A stretch of 64,000 nucleotides of DNA from Octopus sinensis (Eukaryota). The stretch lies in assembly GCF_006345805.1 (NCBI RefSeq), contig NC_043003.1:6448001-6512000 (forward strand), in the 5' to 3' direction. Shown piece by piece: positions 1 through 12,954 of the stretch. The position numbers and the translations under genes are program-made. The notes under the pieces are model-generated. The model was not told where the DNA came from. It worked only from the letters and a program-made list of their open reading frames with translations, and did no database searches. The stretch's first letter is position 1. Each line of letters begins with the position of its first letter.

Positions 1-2089
1 GATGTTGTGATATTCATGTCTTTACCACCATCACCCAACCTGATATTAGAAATGCAAAAGTTGTGATGGTCACGGCGGGAATAAGTTCGATTGTTCAGCT
101 GGATCAAGATTGACATAACTACATAACAACAACTAAAGTGAAACAAGACTTCTAAAGGGGCTTTACGAGGTCCCAAGACACTTGACTGCCTTAAAATAGG
201 GCACATTAGATCATGTACTCCTAGATATATTATACATGAATAATAATGAGAGCCTGCATGTGTTCGATCACACGACCTGCTAGAAATAGCAGCTAAATAT
301 CCCTCAAATTATCTTTTAAAAAAGTGTTAATATCTTGACTAAAAGGCAGGATGGTCACTTCTAGAATGCCCAGTGAAATGAATCAGGGCTGGGTGGGCTG
401 TGATTAAACAACAAAACACGAGCCAAGATTACTCGATCTGCTAGAAACAACAGCCAAACCTTCGTCAACCACACCTTTTTAATAATGGTTTCAGATGTTG
501 GCACAGGGATACACTGGACAATATAGTCTACGATGTACACACCAATGGGACGGTCACGACAGGAATGCATCTGATCATTAAAAAGTCTACTACACCGAAG
601 CTGATCTGAGACTAAACAACAACGCCTACAGACCCACTCGATATGAGATTAAATTAGATGTAATAATTCTTTTGCAATATAATGAAATAATAGTGGTAAT
701 ATTTCAATAAAATGAAGTAAAGTATTCTAAAACATGACAATCAATTGTTAAATAGTGGAGAAATAATAATATTATGGATGGGGAAAAATGTGAATCTGAT
801 GGTGGCAGACGACAGTTGAAATTATGGAGGCGGGGGAAATGGCGAACTCACGTGAACTTTCATTGTGAAAACGAATCAATTTGTTTAGTTTGGATTCCTC
901 TTTGAATAGAAATTGCTTAAATTCTTACGATTAACCAATAATGATATAAAAAGTAATGGTTCTTTCTGTAATAATAATGATTTATTTCAGGTTATTTTTA
1001 GGAATTTAACATTTTTTTCCTCTGCACACAAATTGGTGACCACCGTCCATAAATAGGAACGCCGACGAACGAGATTAATTTTCAATTAGTTAATAGAATT
1101 ATTATTATTATTATTTGAAAGACGGCGAACCGATAAAATCGTTAGCATGTCGGACAAAATGTTTAATGGCATTACAACTTCCGAGTTCAAATTCTGCCGA
1201 ACTCGACCTTACCTTTCATCCTTTTGGGGTCGATAAAATTAGTTGAACACTGGGGTCGATGTAAACGATTTGCCCTTCCCCTCGAAACCTGCTGGCCCTG
1301 TGCCAACAACTGAAACCATTATTAGAAGTTCGGTAAAATGGTGGACCAAATGCCAAGTGTTGTTTAGTTGCATTCCTTCATGTTCTGAATCTAATATTCC
1401 ACCAGAGTTGGTAAAATTAAGTATCAACTGAGAACTGGGGTCAATGTAATCGACTTGTTCCTGCCCCCAAAATTTCAGGTATTGGGCATAAAGCTGAAAG
1501 GGATTATTGGTAAGGCGGAAGAGTCAATGAAGGCAGAACAAAACGTTTCGCAAATTTAAGTCTGTGTTCAAAGACAAAGGAATTTTCCATCATCGTTTTG
1601 GGGGGTTCTTCACATTTGTAACTCTTGAACTTTATTTTTTCTTCTAGAAATTTTAATTATTATTGGCATCCGTTCACGTTCTGAGTTCGAACCCTGCAGA
1701 GGTCGACTTCAACTTTCATCTTTTTGTGGCCGCCCATTTCCTCAAATATGCAGCCCGGTGATGATGTGAGATGAAAAACCTTGTTATTGCCGTTGAATAA
1801 TTAACTGATAATGCCATTAGTGAGACATAAAGCAGCTTAATTGAACAGAATTACCTGCCAGACGAGTTTTGGTGACCTTAAACGTATAACGATTGTCTTG
1901 CTTTTTATACAAGAGTTTGGCCAATATTTGCAGAGGAAAGGTGCATAAATCAATTAAAGTGAGTAGTTTGGGAGTTCCCGATTGTAGCCAGATGGAAATA
2001 AATGTAGATTTTTGTAAAGAAATATATTGATTCGAGGATAGAAAGGGAATTTAAAACAGACAGGTTTGAATATGTGAAAAGATGACTCA

Positions 2090-2345
2090 GAGGAACCTGG
2101 TTCTTTCACAGATAATGGAGTTGGTTTCCTATTCCCAGCACTCAACCACACCCGCTCCGCCGCTCGTCTCTCCACCTCTCGCTACCCTTGCTGCTTCCAA
2201 CCCCCTCCTCTTATTTTTCCCCCCACACTAATGACTATACCAAATCCTTTGTCCCCACATCAACATCCCTCTGGAATCTCTTCTCTTCTCATGTCTTTTT
2301 TTTGCATCTGTTTAAACAGAACATTAACGCCATCAATCTCACCAG
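2090..2345 (+). mobile_element. LINE (CR1/L2/Jockey group) 3'-end fragment
   Basis: Translation TNDYTKSFVPTSTSLWNLFSSHVF...LFKQNINAINL resembles the SF.P.TS.LWN.L...FK C-terminus of CR1/L2-group ORF2. A related copy lies on the minus strand at 12610-12945. Confidence 0.6.
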
Positions 2346-3437
2346 TCTCGAGGTGGGGGTAAGGATCACATTCCCACCCGTTTAACCCACCCAACCCTTC
2401 TGACTCAACTGATAAAAAGAAAGCTATCTATCTGGTAAATCTTAAGTCGAGAAGAGACGGAATCAGACACTATCTACAATACAATTCAATCTGCTATAAA
2501 CAGCAGCTAAATCTCCCTTAAATCACGAAGAGACAGAGTGGTCAAAGATGGAACGCATTTACTAAATCAAGGTGAACCTAGGGTTAAACAGAGTTTTAGG
2601 TAAGAAATTGCACCAAGATATTTCATGAATTGCAACGACAATAACTGTCGTTAAATATTGTGTTTTTTAGCATACATCACAGACGGCGATTTAAATTTAG
2701 TGTTTATTCAACAGAGTTAAGCCCGTTGGTGGTGTGAAGTAGTGAATGCCAATAGACCGAGCAGAGACGGGGGACATAAAAAGGAACTCCTTGTAGTGAG
2801 GAGACACCACTATGTAAACCAGCCCTTTCTTGGTCCATTTCAACAAAGGTAATTCCATGGAGAGAGAGAGACAGACTGACAGAAATGGCTGTCTCAGTAT
2901 TAGACTTTTTTTTTTTTCAACTTTTAAGAGATGAAAGATAGAATCGACCGCAGAAGGATTCCGACTCAGAACGCCCGAACAAACACAAGGTATTTTGTAG
3001 TATATGGGTTTTGTCCTTTTTTTTTCGTTGTTGTTTTATCTTTTAGTGAGGCGGCAAAGCAGTAACAATAGTCCCTTACAGGACCACGGATACAGGTGGG
3101 AGGGAGGGAATGCCAATAAAAGAGTAGATCTAACTTGAGGGACCTCGGTTATTAGGTGGTGGCGTTAAAACAAGTGACGGATTAAATAAACCGCCGCAGT
3201 AGGCCATGGCGGCATTTGAACTCAGAACGTAAACAGTGGGAACAAATACCGCAAAGCCTCCGAGCCGAAGTTCTTGCAGTTCTACCAGTCCACTGCCTTG
3301 AGTTGGTATTTTATTTATATCGACCCAAAAAAGATGTAAGCAACAAAAAAAAAAGAAACACAGTTGAATTCGGTAGGATTTGAACTCAGAACGTAAACAG
3401 TCGGAACAAATACCGCAAAACATCCGAGCCGAAGTTC

Positions 3438-3668
3438 TTATTTCTTTATTGCCCACAAGAGACGAAACATAGCGGGGACAAACAAGGACAGACAAACGGA
3501 TTAAGACGATTACATCGACCCCAGTGCATAACTGGTACTTAGTTTATCAACCCCGAAAGTATGAAAGGCAAAGTCGACCTCGGCGGAATTTGAACTCAGA
3601 ACGTAACGGCAGACGAAGTAACGCGAAGCATTTCGCCCGGCCTGCTAACGTTTCTGCCAGCTCGCCGC
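3438..3668 (-). mobile_element. tRNA-headed SINE family A (dominant SINE of the window)
   Basis: Reverse complement of consensus GGCGGCGAGCTGGCAGAAACGTTAGC...GTTCTGAGTTCAAATTCCGCCGAGGTCGACTTTGCCTTTCATCCTTTCGGGGTCGATAAATTAAGTACCAG...AAAGAAAT. A-box/B-box-like head; more than 20 copies in the window. Confidence 0.9.
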
Positions 3669-4045
3669 AGTTCTACCAGTCCACTGCCTTGGGTTGGTAT
3701 TTTATTTATATCGACCCCGAAAAGATGTAAGAAATAGAAAAAAAAAAAAAAAAACGCAGTCGAATTCGGTAGGATTTGAACTCAGAACGTAAACAGTCGG
3801 AACAAACAACCCGAAACATTTTGTCCAACACCCTAACCATTCTGATAATTCGCCTCGTGCGCGCGTATTTGTTCATTTAGAAAGTTGCTTGTAATACAAC
3901 CAATTGGCACCTCTTCCAGCCAGCCCCCATAGTACCAAACCGACGAAGATACATCGAGAGAAACGTTACGCTCCAGTCCACAAACCCGGATGGTCCACAA
4001 ATCTTCCAGGAATAATCGTCAATGCACCAATAATTTATATATCTT

Positions 4046-5301
4046 GGATCTTTTCACTTTGATCGGCAGATTTTTTTAATAATTTCTTTGTAACTAAACA
4101 CTTTTAAACTTCGTATACTGGTAGAGTGTGTTACATAAAATATTTCTTTTTTCTCTTGGCTTTCTTGAAAAAATTCTGTAGTTTGTCAACAAAGGGTTAG
4201 GGGTGGGGGAAGGGTATCTTTTTTTCTTCAGAAATGTAAATAAACCCAATCTGTTTCTTAAATGAATATATAATATGTAATGTGTTTATTTGTGCAACAG
4301 AGAAGGAAATTAAAACTGCTTATGTTGTGAACTTAGAATGTGTTTATTAATTAAAGTTTAATAACGATAATCTTTTATTCATACGAACGTAACTGATACG
4401 AAATATGCCATAAATAACAAGGACATTTTCATATGACACTGCAAATAAATGTTGTTGACAAAATACGGCAGAAATTGTATCCACCTCAATAGACGTCATT
4501 GATTGGTTGAAATTGCCGAAATGCAAGAAATTAAACAACAAATAGCTTACAAACCACAGAATTTTCTCAAGAAAGCCAAGAGAAAAAGATGTTTTATGTA
4601 ACACATTCTACCAGTATTACGGCAGAAATTGTATTCACCTCAATAGACGTCATTGATTGGTTGAAATTGCCGAAATGCAAGAAATTAAACAACAAATAGC
4701 TTACAAACTACAGAATTTTCTCAAGAAAGCCAAGAGAAAAAGATGTTTTATGTTACACATTCTACCAGTATTACGGCAGAAATTGTATTCACCTCAATAG
4801 ACGTCATTGATTGGTTGAAATTGCCGAAATGCAAGAAATTAAACAACAAATAGCTTACAAACTACAGAATTTTCTCAAGAAAGCCAAGAGAAAAAGATGT
4901 TTTATGCAACACATTCTACCCGTATTACGGCAGAAATTGTATTCACCTCAATAGACGTCATTGATTGGTTGAAATTGCCGAAATGCAAGAAATTAAACAA
5001 CAAATAGCTTACAAACTACAGAATTTTCTCAAGAAAGCCAAGAGAAAAAGATGTTTTATGCAACACATTCTACCAGTATTACGGCAGAAATTGTATTCAC
5101 CTCAATAGACGTCATTGATTGGTTGAAATTGCCGAAATGCAAGAAATTAAACAACAAATAGCTTACAAACTACAGAATTTTCTCAAGAAAGCCAAGAGAA
5201 AAAGATGTTTTATAAACACATTCTACCAGTATACGAAGTTTAAAAGTGTTTAGTTACAAAGAAATTATTTTAACAACCTGCCGGTCAAAGCGAAAAGACC
5301 C
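4046..5301. mobile_element. GG-terminated MITE (Merlin-like) with internal 154-bp tandem array
   Basis: TIRs GGATCTTTTC...GCGAAAAGACCC. Perfect 8-bp TSD TATATCTT at 4038-4045 and 5302-5309. Five 154-bp internal repeats. Confidence 0.85.
4465..5234 (+). repeat. 154-bp tandem repeat, 5 copies
   Basis: ACGGCAGAAATTGTAT recurs at 4465, 4619, 4773, 4927 and 5081 (period 154). Confidence 0.95.
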
Positions 5302-6499
5302 TATATCTTTACCATCACATACACCATGACGGAGTCCTGCCGTGTCCTCTCCTACTTCGTAGTCAACCCTATACAATGGTGTCAAACATTTTTCTATATC
5401 ACTGCTTGGAACCCTGAGCAAAATAAGGCTTTAAAAAGCCTTGGTTCGGTCGTTCGATCAGCTAGAAGTAACAGTCAAGTCTTCCTCAAGTCATATTCTT
5501 TTTTTAATAAAAAAATGAATGCATTAGAAAGTGTGGTCATGGTTGGATTGTCTAAAAAAGTAAGGATGAGACCAGAAACGTAGTGTGTAGTCAGTGTCGG
5601 GAGGGAGACGGGCGCGATTTTAAAAATTTCATTTTGTATTTAAATTTGGTGCCCCTAAAAAAAAATTTGGCAACCAGAGTAACTGTCCCTGAGGCCCTGT
5701 CCACACTATGCCGTTGTCCACGATGGTCACGGATGGAATGTCTTTGATCACACATTGACCTTGGGTTAAACAGCAACCCTACCTCACCCCTTAACCATAC
5801 AGCTATGTCTGTGTCCGCCAGAATCATTAGAGTCGGGACAAAAATTGTCTTTTAGTCTCTATTTTTGCGGTTCTTTTATGTTCTGAATTCAAATTCGATC
5901 GAGCTCACAAAATTTAGTCAGTACCAGTGGTATACTGAGGTCGATTTAATCGCCTATATCCCTTCATCTCAAAAGGCCTGGGTCCAAATTAGAAATCCTA
6001 ATTTTTTTATTTCCTACCCACCCCACCCCCACCCACCTACATCAATCTGCCACAAGACAAACCAATGAGAAATCCTTGTGGGTTGATCAGCCAAATTCCC
6101 TCAAACAACGCTTTACCTTCTTTTTAAAAAAGGAAGAGCTCGTTAGAGATTATATATATTTCTTCACTACCCACAAGGGGCTAAACACAGAGGGGACAAA
6201 CAAGGACAGACAAAGGGATTAAGTCGATTATATCGACCCCAGTGCGAAACTGGTACTTTATTTATCGACCCCGAAAGGATGAAAGGCAAAGTCGACCTCG
6301 GCGGACGGAAATATATTATTCCTGAAATAGAAAAAAATATCTGGGTCCTGAGTCGGAATTCTTTTGATCATAGGTTTACCTGACCTGGGGCTAAACAACA
6401 ACCCACCCACCCACCTTCACATGCCGTCCCACTACCAACTCACCGTCCCCACCAAACCATCCTACTCCTTCCTTTCCCCACACCCACGAGGTTTGCACC

Positions 6500-6890
6500 G
6501 GCATCCACGCTCCACATCCTTCACCAATCTCTACCATATGTTCGGTCGTCTCACTTGAACCCGCCGTCTACCTGTCCGGTCTGTACCACTCCATAACTTA
6601 CACCCACACACACACGCACGAGGCGATGAGGGAGCTTGGCTTGTTCATAAGCGGAAAGTGTAACCTCTCGAAAGAGCTGTTCTTCACTCCTGCTCCAGAG
6701 TGTGGGCTGCGGGGGTCATTCCGAAAAGCTCTATCTGCGACGATTTCATCTCAATCGAAGGAGAGGGGCTTTCCCCGTCCGGGTTGCGGATCCGTGGAAT
6801 AAGCTGCCGGACGAGATAGTGAAGATGCCGACGACCGCTCGGTTCAAAGTCTCCCTTGACCACAAATGGCCTGAACTCTTTGCATGAACA
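6500..6890 (+). mobile_element. CR1-type LINE 3'-end fragment
   Basis: ORF 6702-6887 GGHSEKLYLRRFHLNRRRGAFPVRVADPWNKLPDEIV...RFKVSLDHKW matches the CR1 ORF2 C-terminal pattern (RGH..KL...F..RV...WN.LP..V......FK..LD). Confidence 0.85.
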
Positions 6891-7360
6891 CCCTCCCTGT
6901 ACATAACTCCATGTCCCCCTACATGGCCTTGCTTTTTGCTTTTTGAGCCCAAAAATTAACATAACTTACCATACGGTCGCTCTGCGTGCTAAAAACAGCA
7001 GCTGAATATTCCTCAAACAACGTTTTCCTGTCTTAACCGAGAAACAACATTAAGTAATGAGGGGTCCTAAATAAAGGCCATGGCAGGAATAGGTCTGATC
7101 ACAAGTCTGCTAAATTAAGGTCGACCTGGTGTTAAACAACAACAAATTAACTGCACAGTCAACGATGGAAGAGTGTCAATGTAATTGCTAGACTTGCTAA
7201 AAACAGCAGTTAATCCTCCAGCAGATCGCATTCTACTGTCTTGGGAATAAAAGGATACACTATGAGGTATAGGTGTCGGGTTCGAATCTAGCACGTCACT
7301 CCGACTCAGAAAAAATACAATGAACATACGACTTGGTCTACTGGAAACCTACAACTACCG

Positions 7361-7605
7361 GGTACTACAAGCGAACAGTGGTCCCGGTGCGCGCACACGC
7401 GTTGTCGCGCATCCGCGCTAGCTAGTCGTAAGTAGTCGATCCTACAACGACTTGTTAGCAAAGTAAATAAAACACAAAATAATTTTTTTACACAAAGTAA
7501 ATAACACAAAAAACACAAAGTAAGGATCGACTAGTCATGACTAGCTGGCGCGGATGCGCGAGTACGCGAGAGCGCGCACCGGGACCACTGTTCTCAAGTA
7601 GTACC
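7361..7605. mobile_element. MITE with ~83-bp TIRs and 9-bp TSD (Mutator- or Merlin-like)
   Basis: Arms 7361-7443 and 7523-7605 are inverted repeats starting GGTACTAC. TSD CAACTACCG at 7352-7360 and 7606-7614. Confidence 0.8.
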
Positions 7606-8021
7606 CAACTACCGACGCTATTGTTCAACAATTCCAGTACAAAATACAACAGGCTTACTACATCCAGCCGCCCTCACAGCCAATACCAACGACGCAGCAT
7701 GTCCCTCAATACACATCACGTATTCGTTTATTTATTTAGAAAGAAAAAGAAAGAAAGAAAGAAAGAAGTAAGGTAGATAGATAGATACAAATATCCATCC
7801 ACTGAAGAACTGTTTTAATTTATGATGGGTCACAACCTGCCGTCGCACCTGGTTGCCTCTTTCCAAGGCTGTACGTGACCACACCGTGGTTGTCGGGTGC
7901 GATGCGTATGTTATCAGCAGATCAACAAGATGCCGTGTTTTTTTGTTTTTTTTACACGCGGGTTAGTGCGTGATTTTATGAAGGAGGGACAAGTGACAAA
8001 ATGAAAAAACAACACACAAAG

Positions 8022-8058
<37 letters not shown>

Positions 8059-8061
8059 AAG

Positions 8062-8098
<37 letters not shown>

Positions 8099-8289
8099 AC
8101 AGAGAGATGAAGATAAGCAAGCTGAACCTTCGAAGTCGGTGAGCAATTGTTTCAATACATTCACAACTAAAGGAGGTTTAGTGAAACAGAAATATAGAAA
8201 GATTCAACACAGAAAAGGAAGGAAAAGAAAAAGGAGTTGGCTCTAAAAGTGATTAACGACAAAGCCGAAACAGGAAAAAAAAAAAAGGA

Positions 8290-8317
8290 AGGAAGGAAGG
8301 AAGATAGATGGATAGAC

Positions 8318-8392
<75 letters not shown>

Positions 8393-8525
8393 GGGATGCA
8401 TAGATGGATGGATGGATGGACGGACGGATGGACAGATAGATAGGTAGACAGACAGACAGATAGATAGACAGATACACAGACAGGCAGGCAGACAGACAGA
8501 TAGACAGACATACAGACAAACTGAC
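8290..8525 (+). repeat. compound GGAA/GATA/GGAT/GACA microsatellite
   Basis: Direct inspection. Confidence 0.95.
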
Positions 8526-9785
8526 AGATAGAGTGTTGAAGATTGATGCTTAAAAACAAGTGAAAATCCATTTAATACATAAAGCAGGGTGTGTATAACT
8601 TATTAGAAAGTGGAAATTCAAATCTTGAGTTGTATCTCCGAGTCGCATGTTTCCCATTGTTTAAACCAAAACAAGATCAATTGGCTAAATGGAAACACGA
8701 AACTCAAGAGTTATAAAGTCAAGAAGTCCCAGTTTACGAAGATATACACACGCATACACAATATAAGATGCACTTATATATAAGTACATCTAAATGTTTT
8801 CACACACGTCTTATACATACGCACACTTGAAACATTGGCCAACGCCATTTTGGGGTTATATTTAGCAACAATATTGATCAACGATTAAATACGAACTATT
8901 GTCTCTCTCTCTGCTTATCTTTTTCTTTCTACTTATTGTATTAATGGCCTGTCTTAATCACCAATGCCCACACTACTAAAACGGATATGGTTTCACGACT
9001 CCACCATAATCACTTGTTTTTGTTGGGGTTTTTTTCCGGTTTTGGATCCAGTTACTCAAATCTTAAAACTGGTGTCAAAAATAAATCTAACAATACTTGC
9101 TAATTGCGTCAATCGTATATCTTACTCGAGTACACCATTAAAGATATGATATTAAATACGTCAGCTTCTGGTTACAAAGTTGTTTTTTTCCCATCTATAA
9201 AACGGACATTCGAGAATTCGCGTTGGGAAACCGTATCTTGAACATCTCGAAGCTTCCTGATGTAACATACTTTCTCATGACATCCACGTTAATATGGAAA
9301 TGGAATCTAATCAGATCTGTCCTGTATCCAGTAAGTCTGCGAGTAGCAGAATGCTTTTATCTCGGCGCTCTGTGTTCAAATCCCACCGAGACCAATTTTA
9401 CCAGTCGTCCTTCCGGGATAAATTAAAATACTAGTCATGTACTGTGATGTATCTCAAACTTCTTCAAAACAGAAAGTATGGGTAAGGATCCCTAAGGAAT
9501 ATATTTTATGCTGCTTCTACTTTCAGGGGTAGCTGGATGGCGGTATAAGCCCCAATGGCTACAGTAGATGTGTGAGGAGGAGCAGTGATCCGAGATATTA
9601 ACAGCTTTGAAAGACACAGAGTCTGACACAATAATATGTTGGAGTTGATGGAAGAAGACGCATGGGGCCAACCCTGGTTCTCTCATGCAAAAACCGCTGT
9701 TGTAAATGGTTTACTAAGCTAGTGAAACCTTCTCTGATGATGTAATGTAAGAAGCTTTTAGTTGAGTTGGGTTCCAAACACCAGC

Positions 9786-9860
9786 GTCGTTTTAGCGATT
9801 TTGGTTAAGATCAAAGTCGAGTATCTGTTCTTATCAACTTAATATCCGAATCAGTCCCCA
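9786..9860 (+). pseudogene. U2 snRNA 5' fragment (degenerate)
   Basis: TTTTGGTTAAGATCAAAGTCGAGTATCTGTTCTTATCAACTTAATATCCGA closely resembles U2 nt ~15-65 (UUUUGGCUAAGAUCAAGUGUAGUAUCUGUUCUUAUCAGUUUAAUAUCUGA). The branch-point recognition sequence is mutated and no Sm site follows. Confidence 0.8.
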
Positions 9861-10251
9861 CAAAAGGGAGGAAAGAGTAACCTCACCTACTGAGGCATCT
9901 TTGATGTAAATGTAATTGATGAAGACGAAGAAGAAGGGGCAGGAGAAGGAAGAAAAAAAAAACGAAGAAGGAAAAGGGGGAATTGGAACGAAAAAGTTTT
10001 ATTTTATCAAATCCCTGAATAATTAATCAAATCTTTGATTATTTCTAATTACTTAAAAACTACATACGTAATGTGTTTCATTAGAAAACTGATGATAAAC
10101 GGGTTTAAAACGCCATTTTTTAATGTGAAAAGTTGTTTTCCCTAAAAGGCCACCTTACTTTTTTTTAACGGATCATCGCAAAAGTACAATGAAAGATTAC
10201 GTGAGAGAGAAATAGTCGCGAAAATTCGAAAGTATTATTATTATTATTATG

Positions 10252-10452
10252 GTGGCGAGCAGGCAGAATCGTTAGCGCGCAGGACGAAATGCTTGGCGGC
10301 ATTTCACCCGTCACTACGTTCTGAGTTCAAATTCTGTCGAAGTCGACTTTGCTTTTCATTCTTTCGGGGGTCGATAAATTAAGTACCAGTTACGCACTGC
10401 GGTTGATCTAATCGATTGGTCGCCTCCCCAAAAATTTCAGGCCTTGTGTCTA

Positions 10453-10484
<32 letters not shown>

Positions 10485-10685
10485 TGATGATGGCGGCAAG
10501 CTGGCAGAATCGTTAGCACGCTGGACGAAATGCTTAGCAGTATTTAGTCTGCCGCTACGTTCTGAGTTCAATTTCCGCCGAGGTCGACTTTGCCTTTCAT
10601 CCTTTCAGGGTCAGTAAATTAAGTACCAGTTGCGTACTGGGATCCATCTAATCGACTGGTCCCCTCCCCAGAGTAGAAAAGATTA
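10252..10685 (+). mobile_element. two older family-A-related SINEs with an alternative tail
   Basis: Same head and central block as family A, but the first copy has a tail of type ...CTCCCCAAAAATTTCAGGCCTTGTG; copies separated by (TAG)n. Confidence 0.75.
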
Positions 10686-11254
10686 TTATTATTATAAACT
10701 TTAGGGTTTGAATTTTTATTCCAAGTGAGGCCAAATACGTCTTCTTTCCTCCTTTGGGGGGGGTGTCAATAAAAGTACCAGTCATATATTGGGGTCGATA
10801 TAAATCAATCATATTCTCATCACCAAAAATCCAAAAAGATGAGGCCGCTGCCTATCTTAATAGGTAATATTCTAGCGATGGTTTATTAAGTCGCCAGGCT
10901 GCAGTACTTTTATGGCATTATTGATGCACTTCCTGTATCCATTTCTGTGAATAAATACCATCTTGAAGAATTCTTCAGCTGTTTCCTTAGAAAACACTCC
11001 GTTTTTCAGTTTTAAGGTTTCTTAGACTTAAAGAATCGTCTGTACAGACTCTGAATCGTTGTTTTATTGTATAACCAGGACAAGGCGACGAAGTGAGTAT
11101 GCAAGATATTAAGAGACACCGTGCGAGTAAACATCTACTAACTTTGATTTGGCACTCAGGCCACTAACGCAGAGGGGACACTACAAGGACAGACACAACA
11201 CCACAGTGGGGACAATAAACATAAAACGAATGAGTATGAATATTATATATTTCT

Positions 11255-11468
11255 TTAGTGCCCACAAGGGGCTAAACATAGAGGGGACAAACAAAGGGAT
11301 TAAGTCGATTACATCGACCCCAGTGCGTAACTGGTACTTAATTTATTGACCCCGAAAGGATGAAAGGCAAAGTTGACCTCGGCGGAATTTGAACTCAGAA
11401 CATAACGGCAGACGAAATACAGCTACGCATTTCGCCCGGCGTGCTAACGTTTCTGCCAGCTCGCCACC
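11255..11468 (-). mobile_element. SINE family A
   Basis: Near-consensus copy. Confidence 0.9.
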
Positions 11469-12380
11469 TTCAATGAGTATGAACATTATATGATAATGAA
11501 AGATGAAATGGCTGCATGGGCCCCACTCCTCATGCAGTACCATTTGAACGTTTGTACACAGTCTTGTCAGTCTGTTGATTTTTTTTTCTTTCCTTAATTA
11601 TCGTTTTTTTTTTTTTTTCTTCAAACACATTTTCCTTTTTTTTCCATTTTCCCCCCCTTTAACGCCTCATATACGGCTCCAGTTCTAACAGATCAATTAC
11701 TGGTGGCAGCTCATTGAACTCCACCAACGCTCCGGCCGGGTCAATTCTACTCCCGCACATGTCTCTAAGTTCCTTATAGGTTTCCCTATCGACCACAATG
11801 GCCTTCATACTCTCTGGGACACGTCTTTGGGCAACTTTACCCTTATGATGTGCCTGAACTTTACGATTTTTTCTCCACCCCCTTGTTCTTAGAATAGGTC
11901 ACAAAATCCCATTTGTCCCTCCCTCCTCTGGGTTTTCTCCTTTCTTCTTTTACTACCTTTCCTATTATAGGTTCCTCAATACTCTTCTCTATCATCTACT
12001 AACCGCTCAAACTATACTTTAAGGAATGATACTTTGAGTAATGTAGTCCTAGATATAAAATGCCAGCGAGGATAGAATTATTATGACTGGTCGGTTCTGA
12101 TCCAGCAGATTATTAACAAAACTATTCTAAGCATGACAAACTCCAATCATAATTTATTTAGGACAACATTGTTCCCTCGTAACCCATCTTTAATAAGGCA
12201 GTAGTTTGTGATTTGAGGGAGATTTTGGTTGTTGCTTTTAGTAGGTCGAGCGACCACCGGTTGTCAGTATTATTATTACTGTTTAACCCCAGATCAACCT
12301 TGACTGAGAAAACCTATGATGAAAGATTTTCCACCCGCATCAAGGACATTATCTAACGTGTCTTTAATGGTATTGTACGA

Positions 12381-12615
12381 AGGCGGCGAGCTGGCAGAAA
12401 CGTTAGCACGCCGGGCGAAATGCTTAGCGGTATTTCGTCTGCCGTTACGCTCTGAGTTCAAATTCCGCCGAGGTCGACTTTGCCTTTCATCCTTTCGGGG
12501 TCGATAAATTAAGTAACAGTTACGCACTGGGGTCGATATAATTGACTTAATCCCTTTGTCTGTCCTTGTTTGTCCCCTCTGTGTGTAGCCCCTTGTGGGT
12601 AGTAAAGAAATAGGT
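12381..12615 (+). mobile_element. SINE family A
   Basis: Near-consensus copy ending AAAGAAATAGGTATT. Confidence 0.9.
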
Positions 12616-12945
12616 ATTGTATGAAGGGTCGGACCCATAGCCTTTCTCAAGCTATCCAGGAGAGGTGGGGTACTCATAGTTAATGTTTCTGAACAAGGGA
12701 CGACTACAGCGGGGCGGGGATATGAGCAGAAAGTTAGTTCCAGAGAGAGAAAACGTTCTAGGATGAAAGGACTGGGCCTTGAGGTTAGGACATAGTTTGG
12801 CTGCGTGGAGGCAACGGCATGACAAGAAGAGGAATGAGGGAGTCTGAAGAATAGAGGCCAATGGTAGAAAAGAACAGAGCGAAGACACAGCAAGTCCAAA
12901 GGTTGGAGAACGTTTGGTGAGGAACATAATACTAACAATCAGTCG
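12610..12945 (-). mobile_element. LINE (CR1/L2/Jockey group) 3'-end fragment, frameshifted
   Basis: Pieces AVSSLCSF, STQPNYVL and FSLWN across frames; similar to 2090-2345. Confidence 0.55.
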
Positions 12946-12954
12946 AATGGTTTT

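Noticed and set aside
3524-3730. Recurrent ORF RNWYLIYRPRKDERQSRPRRNLNSERNGRR seen many times
   Set aside because: Antisense translation of SINE family A, not a gene family.
4465-5234. CRISPR-like or satellite array
   Set aside because: Units are contiguous 154-bp repeats with no unique spacers and lie inside a TSD-flanked MITE in eukaryotic DNA.
9786-9860. Functional U2 gene or a Utopia/Keno insertion site
   Set aside because: The branch-recognition sequence is mutated, the 3' half and Sm site are missing, and the usual target region is not interrupted.
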